A stretch of DNA of 64,000 nucleotides from an uncultured Gemmatimonadales bacterium (GCA_963771275.1 CAVYSW010000010.1:128001-192000); one strand, 5' to 3'. Shown: positions 18,339 to 27,945, counted from the first letter of the stretch. The notes: generated from the letters alone by a model not told the origin. Numbers and translations: made by a program.

Positions 18339-20333
18339 ATGGGAACGTTCTCACAGGACGACCGGCCGTTCCGGGTGGACACGGCGCTCGGCAAGGACGT
18401 GCTGCTGCTCCAGGGGTTCAGCGGCGACGAGGGGGTCTCGATCCCCTTCGGCTACACGCTGGATCTCCTGTCCGAAGACGCGGCCGTCGATGCGGAGAAG
18501 CTGCTGCGCACGGCCGTGACGCTCATTCTCGAGCTGGGCGACGGCGGCGAGCGGATCGTCCACGGGTTGATCAACCGGTTCAGTCAGTCCGGCCAGACGC
18601 AGACCGGCGAGCTGACGGCCTATCGGGCGCAGGTAGTGCCCTGGTTCTGGTTCCTGTCGCTCTCCAGTGACTGCAAGATCTTCCAGAACCTCACCGCGCT
18701 CGAGATCGTCGAGAAGGTGTTCCGCGCACGCGGGTTCTCGGACTTCGAGATCAAGTGCGTCAAGCCGCACGCGAAACGCGAGTACTGCGTCCAGTACCGC
18801 GAGACCGACCTCAACTTCGTATGCCGCCTGCTCGAAGAGGAGGGGGTCTTCTACTTCTTCCGTCACAGCAAGTCCAAGCACGTGCTCGTCCTGGCAGACG
18901 ACAACAGCGCGGTGAAGCCCTGCCCGACCCAGTCCAAGGTCCGCATGGCGGTGCAATCCGGCGGCTGGGAGGAGGAGGACGTCGTGACGGCGCTGCAGCG
19001 GGAGCACGTCACCCACATCGGGAAGGTCACGCTGCGAGACTACGATTACCTGCAGCCGTCGCTCAGCCTGGAGAGCTCGGTGTCGGGGCAGGGCAAGGAG
19101 GAGGTCTACGACTACCCCGGTGCGTTCACGACGCTGGATGACGGCGAGCGCCTGGCGCGGCTGCAGCTCGAGGAACGCGAGGGATGGCAGCTGGTGATCC
19201 GCGGCGAGAGCAACTGTCGGGGGCTCGAGACCGGCTGCCGGTTCGACCTCAAGGAACATTACCGGTCGGACGCCAACGACACGTACTTCCTGCTCCACCT
19301 GCGGCAGACCGGACGGAACTCCGACTACCGCGCGAAAGCCGACACGCCGGCGGAGTACCGCAACAGCTTCGTGGCGATTCCCCACAAGGTGCCGTTCCGG
19401 CCGCCCCGCACGGCGCCGAAACCCGTGGTGCAGGGATCCCAGACCGCGCTCGTTGTGGGCAAGTCGGGTGAGGAGATCTGGGTTGACAAGTACGGGCGGG
19501 TGAAGGTGCAGTTCTACTGGGACCGGGACGGCAAGAAGGACGAGAACAGCTCGTGCTGGGTGCGCGTCGCGACGACGTGGGCCGGCAAGCAATGGGGGCA
19601 CATCCAGATCCCGCGCATCGGCCAGGAGGTGATCGTCGATTTCCTGGAAGGGGATCCCGACCTGCCGATCATCACCGGCCGGGTGTACAACGCGGAGCTG
19701 ATGCCGCCCTACGAGCTGCCGGCGAACCAAACGCAGAGCGGCGTCAAGTCGCGCAGCTCGAAGGGCGGTGGGACGGACAACTTCAACGAGATCTTCCTGG
19801 AGGACAAGAAGGGGAGTGAGCTGATCATGATGCACGCCGAGCGTGATCTCTTCGTGGAGGTGGAGAACGACGAGACGCGTGACGTGTTGCATGACCGCAC
19901 GACGGTCGTGACCAACAACGACTCGCGGACCGTCGAGGAGGGAGACGACTCGGTCCTGGTGGAAAAGGGGAATCAGACGGTCGAGGTCCAGCAGGGAGAC
20001 CAGAGCATCGAGCTCGGACAGGGCAGTCAGGAGCTCAAGATCAAGCTGGGGAACCAGAAGGTGGAGCTCGGCCAGGGCAACCAGGAGCTCACGGTCAAGA
20101 CCGGGAACCGCACCGTGAAGGTCTCGCTCGGCAAGATCGCCGAGGAGGCGATGCAGGGGATCGAGCTCAAGGTCGGTCAGAACTCGATCAAGATCGACCA
20201 GACCGGCGTGACCATCAAGGGCATGATGGTGAAGATCGAGGGGCAGATGCAGACCGAGCTCAAGGGCCTGATCACCAACGTCACCGCCGATGCCGTGCTC
20301 CAGGTGAAGGGCGGCATCACGATGATCAACTGA
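18339..20333 (+). CDS. vgrG: T6SS spike protein VgrG/TssI (gp27-gp5, no effector extension)
   Basis: REYCVQYRETDLNFV.RLLEEEG.FYFF, DKYGRVKVQFYWDR, SCWVRV, IPRIGQEV.VDFLEGDPD.P; C-terminal beta-helix repeats. Confidence 0.97.
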   Translation: MGTFSQDDRPFRVDTALGKDVLLLQGFSGDEGVSIPFGYTLDLLSEDAAVDAEKLLRTAVTLILELGDGGERIVHGLINRFSQSGQTQTGELTAYRAQVVPWFWFLSLSSDCKIFQNLTALEIVEKVFRARGFSDFEIKCVKPHAKREYCVQYRETDLNFVCRLLEEEGVFYFFRHSKSKHVLVLADDNSAVKPCPTQSKVRMAVQSGGWEEEDVVTALQREHVTHIGKVTLRDYDYLQPSLSLESSVSGQGKEEVYDYPGAFTTLDDGERLARLQLEEREGWQLVIRGESNCRGLETGCRFDLKEHYRSDANDTYFLLHLRQTGRNSDYRAKADTPAEYRNSFVAIPHKVPFRPPRTAPKPVVQGSQTALVVGKSGEEIWVDKYGRVKVQFYWDRDGKKDENSSCWVRVATTWAGKQWGHIQIPRIGQEVIVDFLEGDPDLPIITGRVYNAELMPPYELPANQTQSGVKSRSSKGGGTDNFNEIFLEDKKGSELIMMHAERDLFVEVENDETRDVLHDRTTVVTNNDSRTVEEGDDSVLVEKGNQTVEVQQGDQSIELGQGSQELKIKLGNQKVELGQGNQELTVKTGNRTVKVSLGKIAEEAMQGIELKVGQNSIKIDQTGVTIKGMMVKIEGQMQTELKGLITNVTADAVLQVKGGITMIN

Positions 20334-20335
20334 CC

Positions 20336-20950
20336 ATGCCCGACACGACGGCGGTGCTCCGGTCGGGCAAGACGGTGGCGCAGATCTGCGAGGTGGCGGA
20401 GCTCAGCGACGAGGCGCGCGCGCTCCGCGCCGAGGGCCAGGCGGCCCGGCAGTTTGCCGAGCTGTTGATCGCGCGCGCGCTCTACCCCGACGCGGTGCGC
20501 TTCCTGGCGTGCGCGCTGCCGCGCCGCGAAGCGGTGTGGTGGGCGTGGGTGTGTGCGCGCCGCGCGGCGGGGGAGACGCCCCCCGCGCCGATCCAGGCCT
20601 CGCTCGAGGCCACGCAGCAATGGATCGCTGAGCCCACCGATCAACGCCGGCGCGCCGCGATGCAGCACGCCCAAGCGGCGGGCTTCGGGACACCGGCGGG
20701 GAGCGCGGGGCTCGCCGCCTTCCTCTCGGGAGGGTCGTTGGCGCCGCCGGACGTCGCGGCGGTGCCGCCCGGGGAGTTCATGGCGGCCAAGGCGATCGCG
20801 GGGAGCATCGTCCTGGCGGCCGTCATGATCGAGCCGGAACGCGCGGATGAGAAGTTCCGGGGGTTCGTGGAACAGGGCATGGTGGTCGCCGAGAAGACCG
20901 ACCTGTGGACGCCGCCGGCGACGCCCGCCGGCCAGGCCGCGAGGAGGTAG
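20336..20950 (+). CDS. vgrG/PAAR-associated accessory protein (DUF6931-like)
   Basis: DAVRFLACALPRREAVWWAW.C, W..EPTD..RRAA, A.AAF.SGGSL.PP; located between vgrG and PAAR. Confidence 0.7.
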   Translation: MPDTTAVLRSGKTVAQICEVAELSDEARALRAEGQAARQFAELLIARALYPDAVRFLACALPRREAVWWAWVCARRAAGETPPAPIQASLEATQQWIAEPTDQRRRAAMQHAQAAGFGTPAGSAGLAAFLSGGSLAPPDVAAVPPGEFMAAKAIAGSIVLAAVMIEPERADEKFRGFVEQGMVVAEKTDLWTPPATPAGQAARR

Positions 20951-20955
20951 CGCTC

Positions 20956-21258
20956 ATGGGTATGCCAGCCGCGCGCGCTGGGGACATGCACGTCTGTCCC
21001 ATGGTCACGCCGGCGGTGCCGCCGATCCCGCACGTTGGCGGCCCGATCCTCCCACCCGGGTGCCCGATGGTCCTGATCGGCAGCATGCCTGCCGCACGGG
21101 CCACGGACATGTGCGTCTGCGTCGGCCCACCCGACCTCATCGCGATGGGCTCGACCACGGTGCTGATCGGCAGCCTGCCGGCCGCGCGGCTGGGCGATCC
21201 CACCGCGCACGGCGGCGCGATCGTCATGGGTTGCCCCACGGTGCTGATCGGACCCTAG
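20956..21258 (+). CDS. PAAR domain spike-tip protein
   Basis: MGMPAARAGDMHVCP, three PAAR motifs, TAHGG, His/Cys Zn ligands; RBS GAGGAGG. Confidence 0.95.
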   Translation: MGMPAARAGDMHVCPMVTPAVPPIPHVGGPILPPGCPMVLIGSMPAARATDMCVCVGPPDLIAMGSTTVLIGSLPAARLGDPTAHGGAIVMGCPTVLIGP

Positions 21259-21267
21259 GGCCTCACG

Positions 21268-22242
21268 ATGGATCAGTACTACGACGGCGACTACTGGAAG
21301 CTGAGCCTCGAGGAGCGGGTGCGGGCGGCCCGCGTCCGGATGGAGGAGGCGCACGCCCGGGTCGACGCGTCGCGCGCCCGACTCGCGGAGCTGCCGGACA
21401 GCGAGACGGTCGTCGTCGAGGTCACCGATACCGCCTTGGCGGCATCGTCCTCCCAGTACCAGGATCCCCGCATGCGCGCAATGGCGCGTCCAAAGCCGGC
21501 AAAGCCGGCCGAAATCCTCGAGATGGTGGTCCGGAACGACGAGGAGCGGAAGCATCTGTGGAAGCAGTACCTGCTGGATTTCGAGTGGTACCTGACCGCC
21601 AAGCTCGAATACGAGCGGCTGCTCGCCGAGATCGAGCGGACCCGGATGCATGCCCCGGAGAATCGACCACCGAGCGACTCCCGCAACGAGCGGCAACCGG
21701 TGAGCCCGCCGGCTACCGTCACGCCGGCCGCGCAGCCGGACCAGGAAGCCGAGCGCTGCACCGAGATCCGCCGCCGACTGCGGAGGACGGTGAAGCAGCT
21801 GCGTCGGGACCCCTCCGCCGCCGCGATGCGGCGAGCCCTGGTCGATCTGGCCCACGGGCAGACGAGGGGGTGCGGGGAGAATCCCCAGACCACCGATGCC
21901 TGGGAGGCCATCGAGGACGCCGCGGTGGCGCGCGCGGCGGCGGCGAAGCAGAAGTTCAAAGCGCATCCCACGTCAGAGAACTACCGGCAATGGCTGAACC
22001 GCCGGGCGGAAGGGCAGCTGTTCGGGCGCGAAGAGGAGACCACCGCGGACCCGCTCGCCGGCGTGACCCGGCTGCGCCCGCCCGGGACGTACCAGATTCA
22101 GCCGGGCGATACGTTGTCCAAGCTCGCCAAGGCGTTCTACGGGCAGGAATGGCTCTGGTACGTGATCTACGAGCGGAACTGGGGCGGCACACCTGACAAC
22201 CCCAATCTGATCCTGCCGGGCTTGGAGCTGGAGATTCCCTGA
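21268..22242 (+). CDS. Helical/coiled-coil protein with C-terminal LysM domain
   Basis: C-terminal TYQIQPGDTLSKLAKAFYG...W..IYERN....DNPNLILPGLELEIP; last gene of the T6SS operon; no signal peptide. Confidence 0.8.
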   Translation: MDQYYDGDYWKLSLEERVRAARVRMEEAHARVDASRARLAELPDSETVVVEVTDTALAASSSQYQDPRMRAMARPKPAKPAEILEMVVRNDEERKHLWKQYLLDFEWYLTAKLEYERLLAEIERTRMHAPENRPPSDSRNERQPVSPPATVTPAAQPDQEAERCTEIRRRLRRTVKQLRRDPSAAAMRRALVDLAHGQTRGCGENPQTTDAWEAIEDAAVARAAAAKQKFKAHPTSENYRQWLNRRAEGQLFGREEETTADPLAGVTRLRPPGTYQIQPGDTLSKLAKAFYGQEWLWYVIYERNWGGTPDNPNLILPGLELEIP

Positions 22243-22246
22243 AACA

Positions 22247-22274
22247 GCCGGAGCCCGCGGGCGCGGGCTCCGGC
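22247..22274. terminator. Hairpin between convergent genes, probably a bidirectional terminator
   Basis: GCCGGAGCCCGCG-gg-CGCGGGCTCCGGC perfect inverted repeat. Confidence 0.65.
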
Positions 22275-22302
22275 GGGTAAGCAGGGACGCGCTTCCCTTC
22301 GG

Positions 22303-24183
22303 CTACTTGGCCTGCGCCAGCCCCGCGGGAAGGAACCGCCAGGCGTACTCGACCGGCACGGCCTCGTTCTGCTGGTACTGCGCGCCGCGGTCCGCCGTCG
22401 CGAATCCGGCGTGGTTGACCCCGACGACGGCGAGCTTCGTGCCGAGCAGCGGGCCGCCACTCGAGCCGCCGATCCCGCCCAGCGTGTGGTAGGAGATCGA
22501 GTTCGACGTCACGCCCGACACGCTCATGTTCCCGCTCACGTCCGGCTGCAGCTGCTTCGCCTGCACGAGCGCATCCAGCTCGGCGGCTCCCGCCACGGCG
22601 TTCACGGTCTGCAGCAGCAGGAACACTCCCAGATCGGACTGGACCAGCGCCTGGAGCTGCTTCTCGTCGTCCGGCAGCCCCCGGAGCACGGCCTCGAGCC
22701 CGGTTTCCCGGGCGAAGGCGCCGACGGCCCGCTGCACCGCCGCCTGCACCTGGTCGCTCAGCGAGGCGTCCACGAAGCTCCCGACCCCTCGCCGCTGCGC
22801 CGTGACCTCGGTGCCGCCCGGGTAGGCCAGCATCACGATGTCCTCACCGGCCACTACCTGCTGGCCCCGCGCCAGCGGCAGCACCGGCACCCCTTGCGGG
22901 GTCCGCGTCGTGCGGAACAGGCCGAGGTCGTGCTCGCGTGAGGCCTGCACCGTCTGGGCGTCGACCTCGTACATGGCCCCCGGCGGAAACGCGATCCGCC
23001 ACCCCGCGATGGCCGGCTTGAACACGATGTCGCCGTTCTTGCCGAGGTTCAGCGTGGCCTGCTTGATCATCTCGGCGCTGGCAAACGGCAGGTCGACGCA
23101 GTGACGGTTCGTGAGTACCCAGCCGGCTGCGTTGATCAGGAAGCCGGTGCACTGCGAGGTCGTGAGCAATGCCAGATGGTCGTTCTGATCGGTGCTGAGC
23201 CCGACCTTGCCGTCCTGGGTTCCCCGAATCCGCAGCCAGCCGGCCTGCTCGTTGAACCAGCCGATCCGGAACTCGATGAGCCCGACACCCGCGGCATAGC
23301 GCTGCGTCACCGTGGGCCCGAACCGCCGGTCATCCTGGACGGCCTGGCGCTGCTGGGCGATCTCCTGCTTCTGGCGGTCGAGCTCCGCCCGGTTCTGCTG
23401 GAGATTCTGCGTCAAGGACTCGGCCTGGCTTTGCCACTGCGTGGCCGTCGAGGCGAGCTGCGAGAGCTGCTGCTCCAGCGCCGCGCGGGCGTCGCCTTGG
23501 GAGCGCAGCTCGCTGCTCATCGCCGTCAGCTCGCCACGCAGCGCCGCGGCCTTGCGCTCACTCAGCACGAACACCAGCCCCACGGCTACGGCCCCGGCGA
23601 CCGCCACGAGGATGAGCGCGACCTTGAGTCTCCGACTGGCCTTCTCCTGCGCCAGCTTGACGAACGCCTTCATCACCGCCGTCTGGCTCGGGCGGCCGCT
23701 CGTCGCGGCCGCGGCCGCCTGGTCGCGGGCCATGACGTACAGGCCCGTGAGTCCTGAGCCGGAGGAGGACCCGCCACCCGCCAGTGGAGTCGCGGGCGCC
23801 TTCGCGGCTTTGGGCGGAACGTAGGCCGTGGCGGGGGAGCCCCACGCCGCGGGTATCGGGGCGGTTGCCATGCCCTCGTCCGCGACGACCTCGAACTGGG
23901 CGGCGGGCCCGTTCGGGCCGAACATGATCGTCTGGCCCGCCCGGATCTCGCATTCCTTGACCTGGCGGCCGTCCACGAAGGTGCCGTTGCGGCTGTTTTC
24001 GTCCCGCACGTAGAACCGGCCGCCGACCTCGTAGAGCGTGGCATGATGGCCCGAGACCACCACCTCGCTGGGGCTGAACTGCAGCGTGCAGTCCGGGCTG
24101 CGCCCCACCGCCACCTCGAAGCCCGTGAGCTCGAAATCGGTCCCAGCCCTGCTTCCCGACGTGAAGACGAGCCGCCCGCGCAT
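22303..24183 (-). CDS. FHA domain - TM - coiled coil - trypsin-like (S1) serine protease
   Basis: Start trimmed to ATG 24183. FHA motifs VGR, VSGHHA, DENSRNGTFVDG; TM helix; Gln-rich coiled coil; protease triad CTGFLI...LTNRHCV, HDLGL, GGSSGGPLL. Confidence 0.85.
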   Translation of the reverse strand: MRGRLVFTSGSRAGTDFELTGFEVAVGRSPDCTLQFSPSEVVVSGHHATLYEVGGRFYVRDENSRNGTFVDGRQVKECEIRAGQTIMFGPNGPAAQFEVVADEGMATAPIPAAWGSPATAYVPPKAAKAPATPLAGGGSSSGSGLTGLYVMARDQAAAAATSGRPSQTAVMKAFVKLAQEKASRRLKVALILVAVAGAVAVGLVFVLSERKAAALRGELTAMSSELRSQGDARAALEQQLSQLASTATQWQSQAESLTQNLQQNRAELDRQKQEIAQQRQAVQDDRRFGPTVTQRYAAGVGLIEFRIGWFNEQAGWLRIRGTQDGKVGLSTDQNDHLALLTTSQCTGFLINAAGWVLTNRHCVDLPFASAEMIKQATLNLGKNGDIVFKPAIAGWRIAFPPGAMYEVDAQTVQASREHDLGLFRTTRTPQGVPVLPLARGQQVVAGEDIVMLAYPGGTEVTAQRRGVGSFVDASLSDQVQAAVQRAVGAFARETGLEAVLRGLPDDEKQLQALVQSDLGVFLLLQTVNAVAGAAELDALVQAKQLQPDVSGNMSVSGVTSNSISYHTLGGIGGSSGGPLLGTKLAVVGVNHAGFATADRGAQYQQNEAVPVEYAWRFLPAGLAQAK

Positions 24184-24351
24184 ACCAAGACCTCCGCTAA
24201 GCCGTTGCGGGTTCGCAACATCCCGGACCAAGCCGCCTACCCAATCTACCGGGCGCCCTGCATCGCGCCAGAGTGAAACCTCGGCGGACTCGACGCGGGG
24301 CCCGATTCTTTCTATCCTATGGGGTCTGAAGGCGACCGAGGGCACCAAGCG

Positions 24352-27300
24352 ATGAGCGTCAGCATTACCTGCACGCGGTGTGGCCAGCCGATGAGCGCGA
24401 GCGACCGGTTCTGCGCCAACTGCGGCACCGGGAACCCGATGGTCGGTCGACAGGCCGATTCCAGTGGCTCCGGGTCGGTGTGGGATGCCGTGCAGCAGTC
24501 GCTGCGGGTGGCGACCCGCGGGGAGTTCGACATCGCCGGTGAGTTGGGCCACGGCGGGATGGCCGCCGTCTATCTGGCGCACGACATCGGGCTCGACAAG
24601 AAGGTCGCCATCAAGGTCATGGCGCCCGCCCTCATGGCCGACCCCAGCATGATCGGCCGGTTCCAGGACGAAGCGCGCACCGTCGCGAAGCTCGAGCACC
24701 CCAACATCGTGACGGTGCACGCCGCCCGGCAGGCGGGGGGTCTGTACTTCTTCGTGATGAAGTACGTCGTCGGGCGTGACCTCGACTCCATCCTCGAGCA
24801 CGGGCCCCTGCCCCTGGCGGTGGTCCAGGCCGTGATCTATCAGGTGGCGACGGCGCTCCAGTACGCGCACGGCCGCAATGTGATCCACCGCGACATCAAG
24901 CCCAGCAACGTCATGGTCGACCTCGAGGGCAACGCGGTGGTGATGGATTTCGGCATCGCGAAGCTGCGGGGGGCGCGCGGCCATACCATGGTCGGCGCGG
25001 CGATCGGCACGCCGCCCTACATGAGTCCCGAGCAGTGCCTCGGCAAGGAAGTGAGTCCCGCGTCCGACCAGTACTCGCTCGGGATGGTCACCTACCATCT
25101 GCTCACCGGCCGGCCGCCGTTCAGCGGCGAGCCGATCCCGGTGATGCGGCAGCAGATCGAGGTCGACCCGCCGCCGATCGAGCACCTGGCGGAGGGCCCG
25201 TGCCCGCCGAAGGTCCGCGACGGGGTCCGCCGCATGCTGGCCAAGGCCCCGGAGGATCGCTGGGGGTCGGTGGTGGAGGCGGCTCGCGCGCTTGGAGGGC
25301 ACCCGGTCGCGGTCGACGACCCGTTGCGCGACGAGATCGCGCGCCTGTCTCAAAGCGGCGGGTTCATTCCGCCGACGCAGATCTTCACGACGCCGCTCAG
25401 CCCCTCGCCGCAAGTCGGCTGGACACCCGGGCCGGTCGCGCCCACCGTGCCGATCACGCCGACCCCCTCGGCGCCCGTGACGCCGCCGGCCTCGGTGCCC
25501 TTCGCGGCGCCGCCATCGGCTCCCGTGACCCCGCCGTCAGCCGCACCGCTCACGCCGCCGACGGTCCCATACACGGCGCCCCCGGTGATCCAGCCATCGG
25601 CACCGCTCACGCCGCCGCCGTCGGGCCCGCTCACGCCGGCACCCGTGCCACCCTTCACGCCGCCGCCCATGGCGCCGGCCACGGTGCCGTACACGCCGTC
25701 GATGGCGGGTCCGGTGAGCACCCCCCCGAGTGGTATCGGCGAGCTGCCCCCAATGGCGCCGCCCGTGGTGCCGGCCACCGCGCTCGTCCCACCGGACGCG
25801 CTGCAACCCGCCGGGCTCGCCGCGGCGCCCGCCACGGCGCCGATGCCTGCGGCGGCGCCGAGTCGCCCACGCACGGGCCCCGTTGCCGCGGCCGCGCTCA
25901 GGCCTCAGCCCAAGCCGCCCTGGCTGCTGATCGGCGGCGCGGCCGTGGCGGTCGCGGCCGTCGCGGTCGTCGTCATGCTCGCCTTGCGGCAGCCCGCCAC
26001 GAGTGACGTGACGCTCGCGGTGGCGCCGCCCGAGTTGAATCTTGGCGCGGGGCAGGAAGGGACATTGTCGATCGACGGCGTGCCTGGTGGGACGCCGGTC
26101 GCGTGGCGCTCGAGCGACGATGCCGTGGCCACGGTCGATGCGGACGGACGGGTCCGGGCCGTGCGGGAGGGCCGGGCGCTCATCATCGCGTCTGCCGCCG
26201 ATCGCGCCGATACGGCGGTCGTGACGGTCGCGCCCGGAGCCGTGGCCGAGCCGCCCCGGACGGCGCGGCTCGAGGTTCGCCCGGCCGACACGCAGGTCCA
26301 GGTCGGCGACGCGGTCACGCTGCGGGTGGAGGCGTTCGATCAGGGCAACCGCAGCATGACGGCACCCCAGGTCCGCTGGCGGTCGTCCAACGAGCGGGCC
26401 GTGGCGGTGACGCAGGCGGGGACCGTGACGGGGCGGGCGGTTGGGTCGGCCACCGTGACCGCCGCGGCGGGCGGCGTGGAAGCCAGCGCCATCATCCGCG
26501 TCCTCGCCGTCGCCCGGCCCGCGGACACCACCGGGCCGCCGCCGCCCCCACGGCGCGTGGCGGTCGTCGCCGTCACCCCACCGCGCATCGAGCTGGACGT
26601 CGGCCAGACCGCCGCGGTCATCGCGGAGGCGCGGGACGCGCAGGGCAGGCCGTTCGACCGACCGATTGCGTTCCGATCGGACAACGCAGGCGTGGCGAAC
26701 GTGTCGGAGCGCGGCGAGGTGCGGGCCGTGGCACCGGGAAACGCGGTGATCGTGGCGGCGAGCGACGGGATCGAGGGCCGCGCCATGGTCCAGGTGCGCG
26801 CGCCGGCACCACCGCCACCGCGGGACACCGCCGTGGCTCCGGCACCCGCGCGAACGGTCACGTTCGCCGGCATCGCGGCGGGGAGCGCGCATACGTGCGC
26901 GGTGGCGTCGGGGGATGAGGCCATCTGGTGCTGGGGCGGAAACGACCGAGGACAGATTCAGCCCGGCTCCGGACAGGGAGCGCGCGTGCTCCAGCCGGTC
27001 GCCCTGGCGGGGACGGCGGCCGAGCTCGCGGCGGGCGCCGAGCACACATGCGCGCTGGCCGACGGCCAGGTGACGTGTTGGGGGCGCAACACCGAAGGGC
27101 AGTTGGGCACGAGCGACCTCAAGGCCACCCGATACACGGTTCCCGGCCTGCGCTTCGAGGAGATCAGTGCCGGTCCGGCGCACACCTGCGGCCTCACCAC
27201 CGCCGGCCAGGTCTACTGCTGGGGCAAGAACGACATGGGGCAGCTGGGTGACGGGTCCAGCAGCCGGCGTGCAAAGCCAACGCCGATCGCGGCGAGCGCC

Positions 27301-27900
27301 AAGTTCACGGCCGTTACCGCCGGCGGGTCGCATACCTGCGCGCTGCGCGCGGACGGCGCCGCGGTCTGCTGGGGCAGCAACTGGAGCGGGCAGATCGGCA
27401 GCGGCATGATCCAGTCATTGCCGTCGCCGACGGGCGTGGGAGGCGGCGTGAAGTTCCGCGAGCTGGTGGCGGGTGGCGACCACACCTGTGGTATCTCGAC
27501 TGCCGGCAAGCTGTTCTGCTGGGGCAAGAACTCGGCGGGCCAGGTAGGTGACGGTTCCAAGAGCCAGCGCAGCGCCCCCCAGGAGGTGCAATCCAAGGAG
27601 AGCTTCACGCTGGTGGTCGCCGGCAAGGAGCACACCTGCGCGCTGGCGTCCGGCGGCCGGGCATTCTGCTGGGGACGCGGCCGGGAAGGCGAGATCGGCG
27701 ACGGCACCACCCAGGATCGCACGACGCCGACGGCGGTTCGCGGCAACGAAGCCTTCGCGTCGCTCGCTGCCGGCGACCAGCACACGTGCGGGGTTACGAA
27801 GGCGGGCGCGGTGCTGTGCTGGGGAGCGAACGCGGGCGGACAGCTCGGGTCGGGTGGCAACCAAGCGGCCGCGGCGCCCGCTCCGGTCAAGCTCCGCTGA
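24352..27900 (+). CDS. Hanks-type Ser/Thr kinase with Zn ribbon, Pro/Thr-rich linker, TM, three Big_2 Ig-like domains and RCC1-repeat propeller
   Basis: CxxC..CxxC N-terminus; LGHGGMAAVY, VAIK, HRDIKPSN, DFG, GTPPYMSPE; WRSS...VATV repeats; seven AG..HTC....CWG.N..GQ repeats. Confidence 0.92.
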   Translation: MSVSITCTRCGQPMSASDRFCANCGTGNPMVGRQADSSGSGSVWDAVQQSLRVATRGEFDIAGELGHGGMAAVYLAHDIGLDKKVAIKVMAPALMADPSMIGRFQDEARTVAKLEHPNIVTVHAARQAGGLYFFVMKYVVGRDLDSILEHGPLPLAVVQAVIYQVATALQYAHGRNVIHRDIKPSNVMVDLEGNAVVMDFGIAKLRGARGHTMVGAAIGTPPYMSPEQCLGKEVSPASDQYSLGMVTYHLLTGRPPFSGEPIPVMRQQIEVDPPPIEHLAEGPCPPKVRDGVRRMLAKAPEDRWGSVVEAARALGGHPVAVDDPLRDEIARLSQSGGFIPPTQIFTTPLSPSPQVGWTPGPVAPTVPITPTPSAPVTPPASVPFAAPPSAPVTPPSAAPLTPPTVPYTAPPVIQPSAPLTPPPSGPLTPAPVPPFTPPPMAPATVPYTPSMAGPVSTPPSGIGELPPMAPPVVPATALVPPDALQPAGLAAAPATAPMPAAAPSRPRTGPVAAAALRPQPKPPWLLIGGAAVAVAAVAVVVMLALRQPATSDVTLAVAPPELNLGAGQEGTLSIDGVPGGTPVAWRSSDDAVATVDADGRVRAVREGRALIIASAADRADTAVVTVAPGAVAEPPRTARLEVRPADTQVQVGDAVTLRVEAFDQGNRSMTAPQVRWRSSNERAVAVTQAGTVTGRAVGSATVTAAAGGVEASAIIRVLAVARPADTTGPPPPPRRVAVVAVTPPRIELDVGQTAAVIAEARDAQGRPFDRPIAFRSDNAGVANVSERGEVRAVAPGNAVIVAASDGIEGRAMVQVRAPAPPPPRDTAVAPAPARTVTFAGIAAGSAHTCAVASGDEAIWCWGGNDRGQIQPGSGQGARVLQPVALAGTAAELAAGAEHTCALADGQVTCWGRNTEGQLGTSDLKATRYTVPGLRFEEISAGPAHTCGLTTAGQVYCWGKNDMGQLGDGSSSRRAKPTPIAASAKFTAVTAGGSHTCALRADGAAVCWGSNWSGQIGSGMIQSLPSPTGVGGGVKFRELVAGGDHTCGISTAGKLFCWGKNSAGQVGDGSKSQRSAPQEVQSKESFTLVVAGKEHTCALASGGRAFCWGRGREGEIGDGTTQDRTTPTAVRGNEAFASLAAGDQHTCGVTKAGAVLCWGANAGGQLGSGGNQAAAAPAPVKLR

Positions 27901-27905
27901 CGCTC

Positions 27906-27930
27906 GCGAGTCCCGGATGCCGGGACTCGC
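27906..27930. terminator. Hairpin between convergent genes
   Basis: GCGAGTCCCGG-atg-CCGGGACTCGC. Confidence 0.6.
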
Positions 27931-27945
27931 ATGTCCACGACGGCC

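Noticed and set aside
7693..19892. Many long antisense or alternate-frame ORFs over the T6SS genes (e.g. 9735..12548, 12602..14782)
   Set aside because: Arg/Ala/Pro-rich shadow ORFs expected at high GC, overlapping well-supported genes.
19860..20333. Repeats at the VgrG C-terminus as an evolved effector domain
   Set aside because: The VELGQGNQ-type repeats are the ordinary gp5 beta-helix, and the protein ends without an extension.
22303..25413. 1036-aa ORF as a single giant protein
   Set aside because: The first 410 codons are antisense to the kinase gene; protein-like sequence begins at ATG 24183.
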